This document shows, one piece after another, positions 62,935 to 64,000 of a DNA stretch of 64,000 bases. Source of the stretch: Thermoplasmatota archaeon (GTDB lineage Archaea > Thermoplasmatota > Thermoplasmata > Thermoplasmatales > Thermoplasmataceae); assembly GCA_023379435.1 (NCBI GenBank), contig JAMCUH010000050.1:372-64371 (forward strand). The letters run 5' to 3'. Position numbers and translations under genes: made by a program. The notes below the pieces were generated by a model, which saw only the letters and a program-made list of their open reading frames with translations, ran no database searches and was not told the origin of the DNA. Each line of letters starts with the position of its first letter. The first letter of the stretch is position 1.

Positions 62935-64000
62935 ATGGAACATACAAGTTCCAGAGCAATCAAGATTATTGCAGTTCTGATAGCAATTGTACTGATTGCA
63001 ACTGTAACATTTGTGATCTATGATTCAAGATCCCCGGCAGGTAAATCAAATAAAGTTCCTAAAAGTGCCTCCTTTGGCCCCAAGATAGATGTTTCAGTTG
63101 GCCCGGTTGATTCTGCAACATCAGGAGACCAGAATTCCGGAATTGTCAACAATACCAGCATAACACTCCAGATATTCTCCGTTGTTCCTTCCTTGTTTTC
63201 AGGATCCACCGGTTCCGCAAGCCTTATCAACGCAAATATTTCCGACAACAGCTATTATGTTGAACTGCTGAACACAACACTTAACAGTTCCAGGGCCACG
63301 GTATTTCTCTCACCTCTTTTCGTAAACATATCACGGGAATGGAATGAACTCTTTTCAAAAATGGAGGGAAGGAATTATCCTTCCCTCTCCGTTGATGCCT
63401 ATAAAACAGTTATTGTAAACAGCACAGTTCAGATCTACAAATATTACAACAACATTGAATATAACCCGGAAATGGTTGATGTATCCACATTCAACAACAT
63501 TCAATCCGGGAATACAGTGCCAGACCTGGAAAGCTATTTCAATGGAACGGGCCTCAATCTCTCCGATTATTCCAGCATTTCCATCACCGATCTTTCATTT
63601 ACATTGAACATAACATTTCCAGATACACCGTATCAGACACTTACCAATGTCACCATGTCATCAGGGAAAAGTGATGGTTCACCCTTCGTAACCATGACAG
63701 GCAGCAGTGGCTGCATAACAACATACAGATGGGATAACTACTCATCCACATACGATTCTGTCACTGGAATCAATACAACAGAGGGTTATCTTCCTCTCCT
63801 GGCTCTTCATATGGGAAGGGCAACTGCAGAGAGCCTTTCACTAATTTCCCTAGGAGGGACTCTAACTTTATTAAACAACACAATAGGAATTAATTCCGCT
63901 GAACCTTATGTGTCATCAAGTGGTGAAGTAACAACTCAGATGAGCACCAATCCTTCGTTTGCAGTTCTTGCAAATGCATCTGTGGCTTCAAGCTCGAAGA
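62935..64000 (+). CDS. Membrane-anchored/secreted Ser/Thr/Asn-rich glycoprotein; runs off the window end
   Basis: Not in the ORF track. Open frame MEHTSSRAIKIIAVLIAIVLIATVTFVIYD... to the window end; many NxS/T sequons. Confidence 0.75.
   Translation, partial: MEHTSSRAIKIIAVLIAIVLIATVTFVIYDSRSPAGKSNKVPKSASFGPKIDVSVGPVDSATSGDQNSGIVNNTSITLQIFSVVPSLFSGSTGSASLINANISDNSYYVELLNTTLNSSRATVFLSPLFVNISREWNELFSKMEGRNYPSLSVDAYKTVIVNSTVQIYKYYNNIEYNPEMVDVSTFNNIQSGNTVPDLESYFNGTGLNLSDYSSISITDLSFTLNITFPDTPYQTLTNVTMSSGKSDGSPFVTMTGSSGCITTYRWDNYSSTYDSVTGINTTEGYLPLLALHMGRATAESLSLISLGGTLTLLNNTIGINSAEPYVSSSGEVTTQMSTNPSFAVLANASVASSSK

Overview
Gene-dense, moderate-GC archaeal chromosomal segment. Unsplit RpoB, a long RpoA'', no rpl30e in the RNAP operon, the thermosome alpha sequence and a giant AglB point to a Thermoplasmatales archaeon. 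Most of the window is core housekeeping: the tRNA-Lys/rpoH-B-A'-A''-nusA operon, aIF1A-rio1-dim2, csl4/lsm, arcS, mtnA, hemL-C-D, initiator tRNA-Met, taw2, pheT, rps15 with a GAN-like RecJ, nep1, argF, sucCD, thsA and tsr3. Less characterised modules: (i) a 7-gene operon of surface protein, DUF4129-like, MoxR, DUF58 and amidohydrolase; (ii) a Rieske/cytochrome b locus with three small membrane ORFs and no cytochrome c1; (iii) a probable GDGT ring synthase; (iv) a 1227-aa TPR protein abutting an M50 protease; (v) a 2122-aa AglB with a long beta-repeat tail; (vi) the strongest novelty candidate, an operon of a PLP enzyme, DUF1611 (DgcN-like) and a MurL/QueC-like PP-loop protein, divergent from a small channel-like protein, suggesting D-amino-acid/N-acyl-amino-acid chemistry in a lineage without peptidoglycan. 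I found no CRISPR array, rRNA or intact mobile element. All family calls come from motif recognition by eye; no database search was run.
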